DNA from: a virus
Lineage: Duplodnaviria; Caudoviricetes
Length of the DNA: 43,540 nt
IMG/VR virus record: IMGVR_UViG_3300033420_000011
Span: 1-43,540 of that record
Direction: 5' to 3' (one strand)
Shown here: positions 26,523 through 37,150 of the stretch, piece by piece
Position numbering within the stretch: position 1 is the stretch's first letter
How the letters are laid out: every line of letters begins with the position of its first letter
Notes under the pieces: model-generated
What the model was told of the DNA's origin: nothing
The model's database searches: none
The model's input: only the letters and a program-made list of their open reading frames with translations
Position numbers and translations under genes: made by a program

Positions 26523-28310
26523 ATGACAAAAAAGTGGTTAGTAGACGACGCTAGACAACAATATATTGAAGATGCTAATGATTTTTCACGACAAACGCTA
26601 GATAAAAGCCTTTTAGGCAACACAATACAACTTGAAATGTATGTTGAAATTGGCAATGGAATATCACAAATCCGCCTAGCAGATCGCAATAAATATATTA
26701 ATAACAATTTCTACGACGGTCGTATGCAAATGCCAAAGATGGATTTAATCATGTCTAATCTTACGGACACAAGCATTAAATTTTCTGAAATGAATATATC
26801 AATCACTAATGTTGATGGAAAATATACAAAATATCTTACCGATCAATCGGATTATAGACCTTTTATTAACGAAACTGTTAATTTATTCATGTCGATCAAT
26901 GATAATACTCGGTTAATCTTCTCTGGAGTCGTGAAATCGGACGGCGGAATAACCTACAACAAAGACAAAATAGAGTTCTCTGCAAGAGATCCATTTGAGT
27001 CTCTAAATACTAATTTACCATTACCAACAATCAATAAAACAGACTTCCCCAATGCTCCAAATGAAAGCGTAGGCAAGCCAGTACCTTTTTATTTAGGCGA
27101 TTTTTTGACTAACTTCAATATTGAGGAGGCGGGAGCTCAAACTACTAGCGTTTGGGATGGCACGGAAAAAATTCAAGTTGCGTGCAAATGCTGGAAGGCA
27201 GGAGCGGGTTTTAATGCTGGAGTTATAGGCTATAATGTGGGCGGATATAGATTTGTTTACTCAATTGGAAGCGTAGAAACAACAAATATAAAGTTTACAA
27301 ATATCCAAAATGTTCTTATCAAGCGCGGAGAACATTGGTTTGAGACATATCATTCTTTATCTCCTATTTATACGAGTGGTTTTTATGGAATTGATGTTTT
27401 AGGTTTTGTAGACGACGCAGATGGCGGGTTATTGCCATATATTTATGAAAATGGCGATATTATGATAATGCCAAGTAAAGCTTTTCTTACGGACACCTAT
27501 ACAACGCAGACAGAGAATATTATTTATCAAGCATATATATTTTTAATAGCAATGGGGCGATTAACCTCAGGAAATTTTAACACTGCGAATTATAACGAGG
27601 CATACACCCAATTATCTGCTATTAGTTCACGCTTTTGGGCTGGTGATGCCAATATAAATATCATGGGCTACTTTTTAGGTTTGCTAAAGCAAGTTCATTA
27701 TGATGCAATTTTTGCTAATAATGGAACAGTAACACAATGCTTATTTAAGCCTCTACGCACCGACTCAATGCCTCAAATATCAAATATAGCACATATATCA
27801 ATGAAAGAAGTAGTAGACAATTCAATAAATATTCAGCAAGATATTAAGAATTTATTCACTCGAGCGTCTGGCACATACTCATTTTCACCAATTTCAGGCG
27901 GTAATTCGCTAAAAACAAGCACTTATTACAATAATAACGCGGAAACTAAATTAACAAGAGTTATAAGCCGTATTATTGATTTCCCCAATCTCTATGTAGA
28001 GGCTCAGGTTATCACTGAGTTACAAATGTATGTTCGTTTGTTTTCCGCATGCCTCGAAACAATAACGCTTCAAGTTTCATGGATTGCTTTAAGTTTGAAT
28101 TTAGGCGATTTTATCACAATTTCCTGTAATTATGCAGGCCTTCAGCTTGATAATGTTCCATGTCAAATCAGAGCGTTTGCGGTTGACTCTAGCTTAACAT
28201 TTGTGACGCTAGAATTATTATCTTTTATAAATTTTGCATTCCCAACATACACGCCAAAAAATCCCACAAAACATTTATCAAGTTGTAATCAAGAGTTATT
28301 GTTATTTTAA
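26523..28310 (+). CDS. Tail tip/hub protein
   Basis: NISITNVDG, RLIFSGVV, IEFSARD, GKPVPFYLG, LNLGDFITIS; GAGGT RBS. Confidence 0.7.
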   Translation: MTKKWLVDDARQQYIEDANDFSRQTLDKSLLGNTIQLEMYVEIGNGISQIRLADRNKYINNNFYDGRMQMPKMDLIMSNLTDTSIKFSEMNISITNVDGKYTKYLTDQSDYRPFINETVNLFMSINDNTRLIFSGVVKSDGGITYNKDKIEFSARDPFESLNTNLPLPTINKTDFPNAPNESVGKPVPFYLGDFLTNFNIEEAGAQTTSVWDGTEKIQVACKCWKAGAGFNAGVIGYNVGGYRFVYSIGSVETTNIKFTNIQNVLIKRGEHWFETYHSLSPIYTSGFYGIDVLGFVDDADGGLLPYIYENGDIMIMPSKAFLTDTYTTQTENIIYQAYIFLIAMGRLTSGNFNTANYNEAYTQLSAISSRFWAGDANINIMGYFLGLLKQVHYDAIFANNGTVTQCLFKPLRTDSMPQISNIAHISMKEVVDNSINIQQDIKNLFTRASGTYSFSPISGGNSLKTSTYYNNNAETKLTRVISRIIDFPNLYVEAQVITELQMYVRLFSACLETITLQVSWIALSLNLGDFITISCNYAGLQLDNVPCQIRAFAVDSSLTFVTLELLSFINFAFPTYTPKNPTKHLSSCNQELLLF

Positions 28311-28361
28311 TAACACTCATGTTATCATAATTAATGATGACAGAAAAAAGGAGCATACGAT

Positions 28362-28955
28362 ATGGCAATAGTAAGTTTAGTTATTTCTCGCACAGAGACA
28401 GGCAGTGAGATTGATGATTCGCTCGCTGGAGGATCCACAGGTGTAGATTTCGGCACTGTCCCTAATAACGGGTCAAGTAATACGCAATCTTTATATTTAC
28501 GCCATGATGGTGCTAATATAATCACGGAATTATCGCTATATATTCAGCAATATGCTGGTGTATATGGTGGAGCCTTCACAGCGTCTGACGATTTTAGTAA
28601 AATGCTAGCTTTAGGCGATGCAGTTGGTGATTATGGTTTACATTATGACGAAGATTGGAATAATAACACTCCATTTTCAACATTTTATAAATTCAAGACA
28701 GGCGTGGGCGATGCTTATGCGACTCGTCGAGTTCTACAAACCACATCTATACTATATTACAACACAACAACCACACAAAAGAGCGATCCAACGAGTCCAG
28801 TGGCTGGAATTGTAGCAGAGAACTCTAATAGTGCTGATGCTATCTCTTATGGAAATAGAGCTTTGATAAGACAGCGTGTTAAGCTTCCAGCTAGCGAAAT
28901 TGAAGGTGGAATTAGACAATGGTCGACGGTTCTAGCTTATGTTTATACGAGTTAA
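28362..28955 (+). CDS. Putative virion structural protein
   Basis: Acidic Thr/Ser/Gly-rich beta protein in the tail module; AAGGAG RBS. Confidence 0.55.
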   Translation: MAIVSLVISRTETGSEIDDSLAGGSTGVDFGTVPNNGSSNTQSLYLRHDGANIITELSLYIQQYAGVYGGAFTASDDFSKMLALGDAVGDYGLHYDEDWNNNTPFSTFYKFKTGVGDAYATRRVLQTTSILYYNTTTTQKSDPTSPVAGIVAENSNSADAISYGNRALIRQRVKLPASEIEGGIRQWSTVLAYVYTS

Positions 28956-28958
28956 AAA

Positions 28959-29294
28959 ATGTGGCAAAAAATATTTAGAATGAGATGGAAAACACACGAT
29001 AAAAGCGTTGTATCTGCATGGACTCCGCTGACTTATCCGTCATTTTCGCAAATAAGACAGACTATTTTGAATAAAAAAATCAAAATAGAGCTAGAACATT
29101 TAGAAACTTATGAACGTTTTTCATCTGAATATATTGAATGTGCAGATATAAAGAGTATAAAATATTTAAATCTAATTTTAGACGGTGGACATTATGGCTG
29201 TGTTGGAATTGGACTTGAAAGTTTTGATAATAAGATATTTTGGACTTATTGCGATAATACGTCAACAATTGAGGTAATAAATGAGCAGAAATAA
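28959..29294 (+). CDS. Hypothetical protein
   Basis: Tightly packed ORF in the tail operon. Confidence 0.6.
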   Translation: MWQKIFRMRWKTHDKSVVSAWTPLTYPSFSQIRQTILNKKIKIELEHLETYERFSSEYIECADIKSIKYLNLILDGGHYGCVGIGLESFDNKIFWTYCDNTSTIEVINEQK

Positions 29295-31857
29295 AGTGCA
29301 AATTGGGAGTAAATTCAAAATTGATGTTCCTGAATTTCGGTATGACACAAATGATGCAGGTATGGGCTACAATCTATGGGAAACTATTACGGGGAGTTTT
29401 GCTGATTTAGCCGATAATGTAGGAGGTCGCAGGGTTGGAATTGGCGAGCAACAAAAATTAGTCTTTAATCATGTGCCTGCTCAAGGTTCTTTCACGCTGT
29501 ATATCAATAATACTGAAACAATATCGCTAAATTATAATGCTACTTATACGGATATAAATAATGCTTTATTAACGATTCTCGGGAGTGGAAATATAACCAC
29601 GTCGGGCGATTTTACTAATGGTTTTATATTTAGTTTCAAAGGTCTATTATTAGGGCGAGATGTCTACACGCTCGAGCTGCATAATAACACGCTCAAAAAA
29701 GCAGACTTAACCGTTTGCCATCCTACAATTACAGTTGAGAAAAAAGCAAACAGCGAGGCAATAACTCTAGCTATTGCTGAAACACTTATAATCAATCATC
29801 AACTTAATATTAGTGAATTATCATTTGTTTTTTTAGACTCTGCAGGGGCTTTAATTTCAAGAACTAATATCAATACTTGGTTCACAATCACATATCCCGA
29901 CAGTGATAATATAAGCATTCAAAATATTAGTGGTGTTTCTAAACAAATATATGCAATATTATCTTATCCTTTGCCGTTACCTAACCTTAATTTGGTTGAG
30001 AATGCAGGAACAAGCACGGACAATGCGATACCTCGATTTGATGGAGTAACTGGAAAAGTTATTCAAAACAGTGGAATAATTGTAGATGATAGCAACAATA
30101 TTACAGGGATTAATAATTTAACCGCAAATAATCAACTGCAATTAAGCACGAAAACAACAGAAAAAAGTCATGCTTTATCTTTCTCTGGTGCGTCTGCTGG
30201 TAATGTATGCGTGAGGACTTTAGCAATTACTTCCTTTGAGCAGGGAACGCTAGAATTAGAAATATATGGGACTTTTTCTTATGGGAATTACGCGGGAAAG
30301 ATAATTATAAAAGCTTTTAAGCAATATAATTTATTAACGATTCAAGAAATGGTTTCTTATGGACTTCTTTCCTCTGCTTGTCATATTTCTGGCATAACTT
30401 GTGGCAATGCAGATGGAACGTGTACCCTTCTAATAGCTTATAATTCAACCGCGCAAGCAATACTTTGGGGTATACATTATAAAACTACAGCTACCGCAAT
30501 TACTTCTAGCACATTAAGCAATGAAACTATTGGATCGTCTTCTGCGCACTGGAATGCTAATATAGTTCCTAGTGCTAATGTTGATAATGCAATGTCCGCT
30601 TTGACAGATACAGGTTTTGTTTATGATATGCCTATGAGAGTTCTAGCTCCTGCAAGTAGAACAGCTATATATGCTACCGCAAACGGTAACGGCTATTCAG
30701 CCGTTCATGGTTCGAATTCAGGCACAAATGGTTATGGCGTATATGGAACAGCATCAGCAGCATACGGAAATGGCGGATATTTCACGAATACATACGATGG
30801 GGGTGCTAATAACGATAGTTATGGGATCTATGCTTCATCTCTTAGATCTACTGCAATCTATGCGACTTCAAGAGATAGTCATGGGATTCAGAGTTTTTCT
30901 AGCGGGACAAGCAAAATAGGCGTCCGTGGTGTAGTCTCAGGGTCAGGGAGTTCGGGTTTGCAAGGTGAATTGGCACCAACACAAAATGTTGGTAAAGGTG
31001 TTTATGGTTATAGTGGCTATAATGATGGTCTCGCAGGAAGTGCTTGTTTTGGTGTCTATGGTTTCGCAATTTCTGGCACTGGTGTTTATGGTACATCTAC
31101 TAAGAATCATGGTGTATTTGGGACTATAACAGGAGCAGGTGAAGGATCTGGTATTGCTGGTGTAGCAGGATTAAATGCACATGCAAGTGGATATGGAGGT
31201 TTTTTTGAAAACACAGGTGGAGGTCATGGAGTACATGGTAAGTCTAGCGGTTATGCAGTCTATGGCGAAGGTACAAGCTCAGGGACAGGGGTTTATGGCA
31301 GTACCGTGAATGGGTATGGTGTGCGTGGAGTTGCTGGATCTGGTGGAACAGGAGTAAGAGGAGAAGCAACTAACGGTGATGGCGTAAGTGGATATTCAGA
31401 TACAGGATATGGTGTTCGAGGAAATACTGTTTGGGGTAATTATTTAGGTTTTTCATTGAATAATGGAACCTCAACAGTACCAGTATATCGCAATAGCACT
31501 TCGGGATATTTAACAACTTCAACATCTGATAGAACTCTAAAAAAAGATATTGAAGATTTAAATTATGGTTTAAGCGAGCTAAAACAAATCAACTTTGTTA
31601 CATTTCGCTGGAAAACAGATAAGAATATAGAACCTAAAAAAATTGGACTAATAGCACAACAAGTTAAACCTCTAGTACCTGAATTATTTTTTGATACTAA
31701 AATAGATAATGAACCTAAGATTGGATTTTATGAAAACCATATGGGGTCATTCGTTGGTAAGGCAGTACAGGATTTAGCTAAAATTGTTGACGCTCAACAA
31801 GAACAAATCAATAATTTAATCACTGAAACAAATAAATTAAAAGGAGTTATCGCATGA
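29281..31857 (+). CDS. Tail fibre/spike with Gly-rich beta-helix repeats and C-terminal intramolecular chaperone (peptidase S74-like)
   Basis: STDNAIPRFDG.TGK.IQNS module, repeated GVYG/GVRG, SDRTLKKDI...IGLIAQQV...AVQDL plus coiled coil. Confidence 0.9.
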   Translation: MSRNKVQIGSKFKIDVPEFRYDTNDAGMGYNLWETITGSFADLADNVGGRRVGIGEQQKLVFNHVPAQGSFTLYINNTETISLNYNATYTDINNALLTILGSGNITTSGDFTNGFIFSFKGLLLGRDVYTLELHNNTLKKADLTVCHPTITVEKKANSEAITLAIAETLIINHQLNISELSFVFLDSAGALISRTNINTWFTITYPDSDNISIQNISGVSKQIYAILSYPLPLPNLNLVENAGTSTDNAIPRFDGVTGKVIQNSGIIVDDSNNITGINNLTANNQLQLSTKTTEKSHALSFSGASAGNVCVRTLAITSFEQGTLELEIYGTFSYGNYAGKIIIKAFKQYNLLTIQEMVSYGLLSSACHISGITCGNADGTCTLLIAYNSTAQAILWGIHYKTTATAITSSTLSNETIGSSSAHWNANIVPSANVDNAMSALTDTGFVYDMPMRVLAPASRTAIYATANGNGYSAVHGSNSGTNGYGVYGTASAAYGNGGYFTNTYDGGANNDSYGIYASSLRSTAIYATSRDSHGIQSFSSGTSKIGVRGVVSGSGSSGLQGELAPTQNVGKGVYGYSGYNDGLAGSACFGVYGFAISGTGVYGTSTKNHGVFGTITGAGEGSGIAGVAGLNAHASGYGGFFENTGGGHGVHGKSSGYAVYGEGTSSGTGVYGSTVNGYGVRGVAGSGGTGVRGEATNGDGVSGYSDTGYGVRGNTVWGNYLGFSLNNGTSTVPVYRNSTSGYLTTSTSDRTLKKDIEDLNYGLSELKQINFVTFRWKTDKNIEPKKIGLIAQQVKPLVPELFFDTKIDNEPKIGFYENHMGSFVGKAVQDLAKIVDAQQEQINNLITETNKLKGVIA

Positions 31858-32222
31858 TTTCACTAAATAATAGGAAGAAAATTAAAAAAAATGCTCAGGA
31901 ATTAAAAGATTTATGCGCAACGCTCATAACACAAACAACAAACGCAATCGCAAATCCTGCGAGTGAGTTGTTAATTCCTGATTTGTTGAATCAAATATTT
32001 GTGATTAAAAATAAAGCTCAAGATATACATATATTATTAAGCAATATTCAAGAATTAAGCGCTAAATATGTTTTACAGCAAGATTATAAAATCAATGATG
32101 AAGACATCTATAAACTCATTGGTATTACTGATAATAATGTATATATTTTAAAATTAGGCTCTTCATATGCAGTCATGAGTTTAGCAGACTTAGAGAAATA
32201 TAACCCTGACGCTCTGCCATAA
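31854..32222 (+). CDS. Hypothetical protein
   Basis: ATGA-coupled to the fibre gene with AAGGAG RBS. Confidence 0.65.
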   Translation: MISLNNRKKIKKNAQELKDLCATLITQTTNAIANPASELLIPDLLNQIFVIKNKAQDIHILLSNIQELSAKYVLQQDYKINDEDIYKLIGITDNNVYILKLGSSYAVMSLADLEKYNPDALP

Positions 32223-32233
32223 GGATAAAAATA

Positions 32234-34231
32234 ATGAAGTTTTTTTGGAATAAAAAAGAGCTATCTGCACCAGTGCTAACAGTAAAAGAAATGCCTAAAA
32301 TTGAAGAGAAAGTAATCTATAATCATCCAATTGAAGTGCATGAAAAAAATCTAAATTGGGCAAGCTTTACCGAACAAATAAATATGACATCTGGCTTTAA
32401 TAACTATATTTCTCGTGAGCAAATGAAAAACCTTTACCGCACGGAAAAGATTTTACAGGTAATTATTAACCCGATTGCTAAACAATTTTTGACCTGTAAA
32501 TTTATGATTGCTGATAATGAACAAAATGATAGAACATTGGAATTTTTAAAAGCTTCTTTGGTAAGCCAAACGGTCCATATGGAAAATATTATTGATCTTT
32601 ACATACATGGCAATGCATATTTAGCCTATATGCCAACTACAAGAGTGTTTCAAAGGATTGATCCTTGTTTTGTGCGAGCTAAAAAAGATAATTACTATCT
32701 AATTTCTAATAGTAAAGATGACGCTACTATTAATATTGATGATATGATTCATTTTAAAATGCCGTCGATTTTTTCATCTGATTTTGGTGATAGCGTTGTT
32801 GAAGTAGCATTGCTAAATTTGATGTGCGATAGATATAGCTATGAATTTTTGAACACTTTTTTTATTCGTGGCGGAAATTCTACAGGGATAATTGAAACAG
32901 ATACTAATGACCTAAATGCATTAAATCGCTTAATTTCCTCACTTAGAAGTTCATTTTCAGGGCGTAAGAATGCCTTTTCTGATAAAGTATTGCCAAAAGG
33001 AGCTAAATGGTCATCTAGCTCTCAAAAACTTTCAGAAATGCAGATATTAGAAATCATAAAAGCAAATAAAAGAGATTTAGCCTCACTTCTTGGCGTTCCT
33101 CCTATTTTTTTTGGCGATACGGATAGCGTTAATTATGCAAATTCTGAAATTCAAATGCAAATATTTTATGAACAAACTATCTTACCAATTCAAGCTTTAT
33201 ATTGTAGTGCTTTAGAAAATAACCAACGGATTAAAACACTATTAGGCAATAAAAAAATTATAATAGATAATTCAAATATAAAATATCTATCACAACAAGA
33301 TAAAATAATTTCTCAAATACCTTATTTAAGCTCTGTATTGACTCAGAATGAGATTAGAAAATTATTAGGCTATGAAGAGATTGCAGTAATAGAAACTATA
33401 AGCGTTGAGCCAGTAAGCGAAGCTTTAAGCATGCCTCCTAGCGAGAGTTTAAAAAAAAAAGACTTAACCTTATTTGAAAATTCAGAAATTGAAAAGCTTC
33501 TAAATTTAGAGCTAGATGCGTGGACGGCTAAAATAGCAAATAATCCCACATGGTCAATGGATAATTTTAATGACTGGATTTTAACCGCTCGCAAAGAAAA
33601 ATTTTTAACCTCCCTTAACTCGCTTTTGTTAATAAAATCGGTAAAGTATTATAAAAGCATTATGAGCAACATAATAAGAAATATACCAAAGAAGTCATTG
33701 CCGACTGATTTTACCACATCGCTTGTTAGGCGTGCTAATGATTTTTTGCTTGGCAAAATTAAAAATGATGCTAGCAATAATTTTGACGGCTATTCAGCAA
33801 CTTACACACAAAGAGCCTTTCAATTTTTAATCACCGAAACACAACAAAATCCTACACAATCACAAGCCGATTTGTCTACAAAAGTAAGATTAGTATTTGG
33901 AGAAAGTTATAAATCTCAAGCAAATACCATAGTAAGAACTGAAATAGGACACGCTTTATCTCTAGCAAGCGAAAAAGCAACCTCAGATGTCCAAACGTAT
34001 GCTAAAAAAGCTAAAAAAACATGGAATTCATTACTGGACTCTTTTACACGAGACGCACACGCTGCAATGAATGGCGAGGTTATATTTTGGGATGAGAACG
34101 ATAAAGAATCATTGAATAATAAACGTTTCTCTAATGGGCTTCGGTATCCTCGAGATAGTGCTTATGGAAGTGCGGACGATGTGATTAACTGCAGGTGCGT
34201 TTTAGATATAGAAATCTTATCGATTAAATGA
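32234..34231 (+). CDS. HK97-type portal fused to Mu gpF/SPP1 gp7-like minor head domain
   Basis: LYIHGNAY, DMIHFK, LGVPPIFFG..NYANSE, LTQNEIRKLLGY; C-terminal IVRTE, KTW...TRDAH..MNG, GLRYPRD, INCRC. Confidence 0.92.
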   Translation: MKFFWNKKELSAPVLTVKEMPKIEEKVIYNHPIEVHEKNLNWASFTEQINMTSGFNNYISREQMKNLYRTEKILQVIINPIAKQFLTCKFMIADNEQNDRTLEFLKASLVSQTVHMENIIDLYIHGNAYLAYMPTTRVFQRIDPCFVRAKKDNYYLISNSKDDATINIDDMIHFKMPSIFSSDFGDSVVEVALLNLMCDRYSYEFLNTFFIRGGNSTGIIETDTNDLNALNRLISSLRSSFSGRKNAFSDKVLPKGAKWSSSSQKLSEMQILEIIKANKRDLASLLGVPPIFFGDTDSVNYANSEIQMQIFYEQTILPIQALYCSALENNQRIKTLLGNKKIIIDNSNIKYLSQQDKIISQIPYLSSVLTQNEIRKLLGYEEIAVIETISVEPVSEALSMPPSESLKKKDLTLFENSEIEKLLNLELDAWTAKIANNPTWSMDNFNDWILTARKEKFLTSLNSLLLIKSVKYYKSIMSNIIRNIPKKSLPTDFTTSLVRRANDFLLGKIKNDASNNFDGYSATYTQRAFQFLITETQQNPTQSQADLSTKVRLVFGESYKSQANTIVRTEIGHALSLASEKATSDVQTYAKKAKKTWNSLLDSFTRDAHAAMNGEVIFWDENDKESLNNKRFSNGLRYPRDSAYGSADDVINCRCVLDIEILSIK

Positions 34232-34298
34232 AACTTTAAGGCGTAATATATAGTTATCATAAAAAATGAGCCTCAAAATACAACATGGAGGTTCAATT

Positions 34299-35018
34299 AT
34301 GAATAGAAATTTTATTACTTCAAACATTGAGATCGAAAAAAAAGAAATAGATTTAACGCAAATAGATATAAACCAGGTGAGTACTGAAAATTTTTCACTT
34401 AACAAAGTATTTATTATTAAAGGGACTGCAAATTCAGGACAAAAAGACAGGGCATCCGATATTATGCCTAAAAGTTGTTGGGATTTGGCTAACTTTCAGA
34501 AAAACCCTATTTTATTACACAATCACGATTATGCGAGTCCATTAGGGCGAATAACTGAGTTATTCGCAACCGAAAGCGGACTTAAATTCACCGCTGAGAT
34601 CGGTCATGTGGATACAGAAATGACGGAACTACAAAATAACGTAGTGAAACTCATAAAACAAGGCATACTAAAAACGCTTTCTGTTGGTTTTATTGGGCAT
34701 GATTATGATTATGACAAACAAAATCAAACATATATTTATAAAAATGCAGAATTATTGGAGATTAGTGTTGTGTCTGTGCCAATGGATGCAAATGCGACGC
34801 TAGATAGTTTTTATCAAAAAAGCCATCAAAAAAGCCATCAAAAAGGAGTTAAAATGCTAGACGATATCAAGGCTATAGTTGAGAAAATTAAAGAGGAAAT
34901 AACTAATTTAAGTACTATTATTAGTGAAAATGAGCAATTAAAAGCTGATTTATCCGTAAAAAGTAAATATATTAGTGAATTAGAAAACATAATTGTCGAG
35001 ACACAAAATTTATTGTAA
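34299..35018 (+). CDS. HK97-family prohead protease with C-terminal coiled coil
   Basis: NPILLHNHD..PLG, LSVGF, LLEISVVSVPMDANA; ATG 34299 behind GGAGG. Confidence 0.92.
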   Translation: MNRNFITSNIEIEKKEIDLTQIDINQVSTENFSLNKVFIIKGTANSGQKDRASDIMPKSCWDLANFQKNPILLHNHDYASPLGRITELFATESGLKFTAEIGHVDTEMTELQNNVVKLIKQGILKTLSVGFIGHDYDYDKQNQTYIYKNAELLEISVVSVPMDANATLDSFYQKSHQKSHQKGVKMLDDIKAIVEKIKEEITNLSTIISENEQLKADLSVKSKYISELENIIVETQNLL

Positions 35019-35029
35019 GGAGTTTATTG

Positions 35030-36370
35030 ATGTTTAATGTCGAAAACGCAAAGAAAAAAGTGGCTGAAAAACAAGCAGAGTTGAAATCAAAAGAGGATAA
35101 TATATCTAAAATATTATCGTCTGCTCAAGCTCCTGCTGTAGGGCATTCAAAAGCATTTCTAGTTCAAGAAGAGTTAGAAAATGTCGGCATAAAAGATGTT
35201 GCAAGCGTGCTAATGAGTCAACACGAAGAAAAACAAACACGATGCTTAAAGAGCATGGCGATTGACGTGGAAGCTCGCAACGAGTTAATCAAAATTAAAA
35301 AATTGATTTCTAATATTCAATTAGAAGCACAAATTAAAAGCAATAAATATGGTAGAAATGTTCATACATCTGAAACACAACAATATAAATATTTCATGAA
35401 CTCCATAGCTAAAGCTTATAATTCCACTGATTGGTCAAGCTGGATCCAAACAACATTTACTAGCTTCACTTTTGATGAGCTTGAAATTCCTCTAGGCTTA
35501 GCATCGTATTTTAATACACAAAGAATGACAAACGTTAGCCAAAATATGCCAATGTTTCAAGGTGTGCTAGAAGGCAAACTTGAGACTGAAACGGCAACAT
35601 TTACGGCTCAAAGCACAAGTGGCACTTATGTAAATATGACGGCGAAAAATAACGTTGTGCATACAAAATTATACGAAGATTTTTTAGCTGACAATATTGA
35701 TCCTTCACTATTTGAAAAAGTTCGCATAGAATGTGGGCTTGGAATAGCAAGAAGCCTTGAAAACGCTATATTAAACGGCGATGATACTGCTACACATATG
35801 GATAGCAATGTTACAGATGCTAAAGATTTTAGAAAAGCATTCAAGGGCTTAAGAAAAATAGCACTTGCAAACTCTGCTAATGGTTCAATTGTTAACGCTG
35901 GTGGCGATAAATTAGCATTAGCTGACCTTCAAGCTCTTATGAGCCTTGTTGACAAATCCAGCCCTGAAAACTTGATGTGGATTATGAGTTCTAAAACATG
36001 GAACTCCGTAATTACAGGTCAAATACCTGAAGTGTTAACCGTTCAAAATGTTGGAGCTAATGCCACATTGCTAACGGGTCAAATGTTCCCATTATTTGGC
36101 GTTCAAGGTTATAGAGCTGGAAAAATGCCAGTAAATCTAAATGCAAATGCTGTTTATGATGGTGTTACTGCAACTTTATCAGCGATGTTATTAGTTGACA
36201 AAAGCCGTTTCGTAATTGGCGAACGTTCTCCTATACGTCTTTGGGTAGCTCCAAGCGATCCATCACAAGACAGCATGTTAATGACTGCAAAAGCTCGCCA
36301 TTGTTTTGGTGGAGTTACGCAATCAGCGACTGAAATATCTGCGGTAATTCTCAGAAATTTGGGAGTTTAA
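35030..36370 (+). CDS. Major capsid protein (HK97 fold)
   Basis: Follows the protease; N-terminal helical region, IARSLENAILNGD, WIMS, LFGV, C-terminal A.VILRN. Confidence 0.88.
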   Translation: MFNVENAKKKVAEKQAELKSKEDNISKILSSAQAPAVGHSKAFLVQEELENVGIKDVASVLMSQHEEKQTRCLKSMAIDVEARNELIKIKKLISNIQLEAQIKSNKYGRNVHTSETQQYKYFMNSIAKAYNSTDWSSWIQTTFTSFTFDELEIPLGLASYFNTQRMTNVSQNMPMFQGVLEGKLETETATFTAQSTSGTYVNMTAKNNVVHTKLYEDFLADNIDPSLFEKVRIECGLGIARSLENAILNGDDTATHMDSNVTDAKDFRKAFKGLRKIALANSANGSIVNAGGDKLALADLQALMSLVDKSSPENLMWIMSSKTWNSVITGQIPEVLTVQNVGANATLLTGQMFPLFGVQGYRAGKMPVNLNANAVYDGVTATLSAMLLVDKSRFVIGERSPIRLWVAPSDPSQDSMLMTAKARHCFGGVTQSATEISAVILRNLGV

Positions 36371-36375
36371 GTTAA

Positions 36376-36540
36376 ATGAAATTAAAATATATTGGAAAAT
36401 ATGAACTAATAATGACAGAATTTAAAGGCGGTAAATTGGTGAAGCCTCAAGAGACAATTGAGCTAACTAATGAAGAATATACAAGTATAATCAACATTCA
36501 CGGTACTTATTTGCATCCGATTGAAGAAAAGGTAAAATAA
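36376..36540 (+). CDS. Small post-capsid protein, 54 aa (not in ORF track)
   Basis: MKLKYIGKYELIMTEFKGGKLVKPQETIELTNEEYTSIINIHGTYLHPIEEKVK exactly fills the gap; GGAG RBS. Confidence 0.75.
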   Translation: MKLKYIGKYELIMTEFKGGKLVKPQETIELTNEEYTSIINIHGTYLHPIEEKVK

Positions 36541-36541
36541 G

Positions 36542-37150
36542 ATGTCACTATTAGCAGATAACATATTAGAATCTTCCGATTTATCAATGTGGTTTTCGAG
36601 TGGTTACACTGCTAATTCTGCTAAGATTGATTTTTGTTGTAATGCAAGTCATGACGCTATTCAAAAATATTGCAGTAGGGTGTTTTTATCCTCTACTTAC
36701 ACACAAGAGATAATCAGTTCAGGGACGGATCAATTATTTCTTGCACAATTCCCTTTGATATCAATTAGTTCTCTAAAAGTTGACACTAGCGAGCTTGATA
36801 CTGCTCTTTATTCTTATGACTCTAGCCTTTTTTCTGATGGAATTATTCAATTATTCACAATGTTACGACCTGAAATTAAAATAAATATAACCTATCTTGC
36901 TGGATACGCTCGCAATTCACTACCATATGATTTGAAATTCGCTTGTCTTTTGCAGACTAGTTATTATTTTAATACTTATGGCGGTGAAAATAATTTTTTA
37001 GGTTTTTCAGAAATAAGCAAAATGAACGAGACGCTTAAAAAAGATAATAGTCTATTTGTGGGCGGTCTACTCGGCGAAGTCGTAGGAATAATAGAAAAAT
37101 ATAAAAGGCTAGAAGCTGGAACTATTGCATGCTATCGGGGTGTATTATGA
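36542..37150 (+). CDS. Head-tail adaptor
   Basis: ASHDAIQKYC.R.F, LAQFPL.SI, ITYLAGY..LPYDLK.A. Confidence 0.8.
   Translation: MSLLADNILESSDLSMWFSSGYTANSAKIDFCCNASHDAIQKYCSRVFLSSTYTQEIISSGTDQLFLAQFPLISISSLKVDTSELDTALYSYDSSLFSDGIIQLFTMLRPEIKINITYLAGYARNSLPYDLKFACLLQTSYYFNTYGGENNFLGFSEISKMNETLKKDNSLFVGGLLGEVVGIIEKYKRLEAGTIACYRGVL

Noticed and set aside
29281-31857. Diversity-generating retroelement or invertible tail fibre
   Set aside because: No reverse transcriptase, template/variable repeat pair or invertase seen
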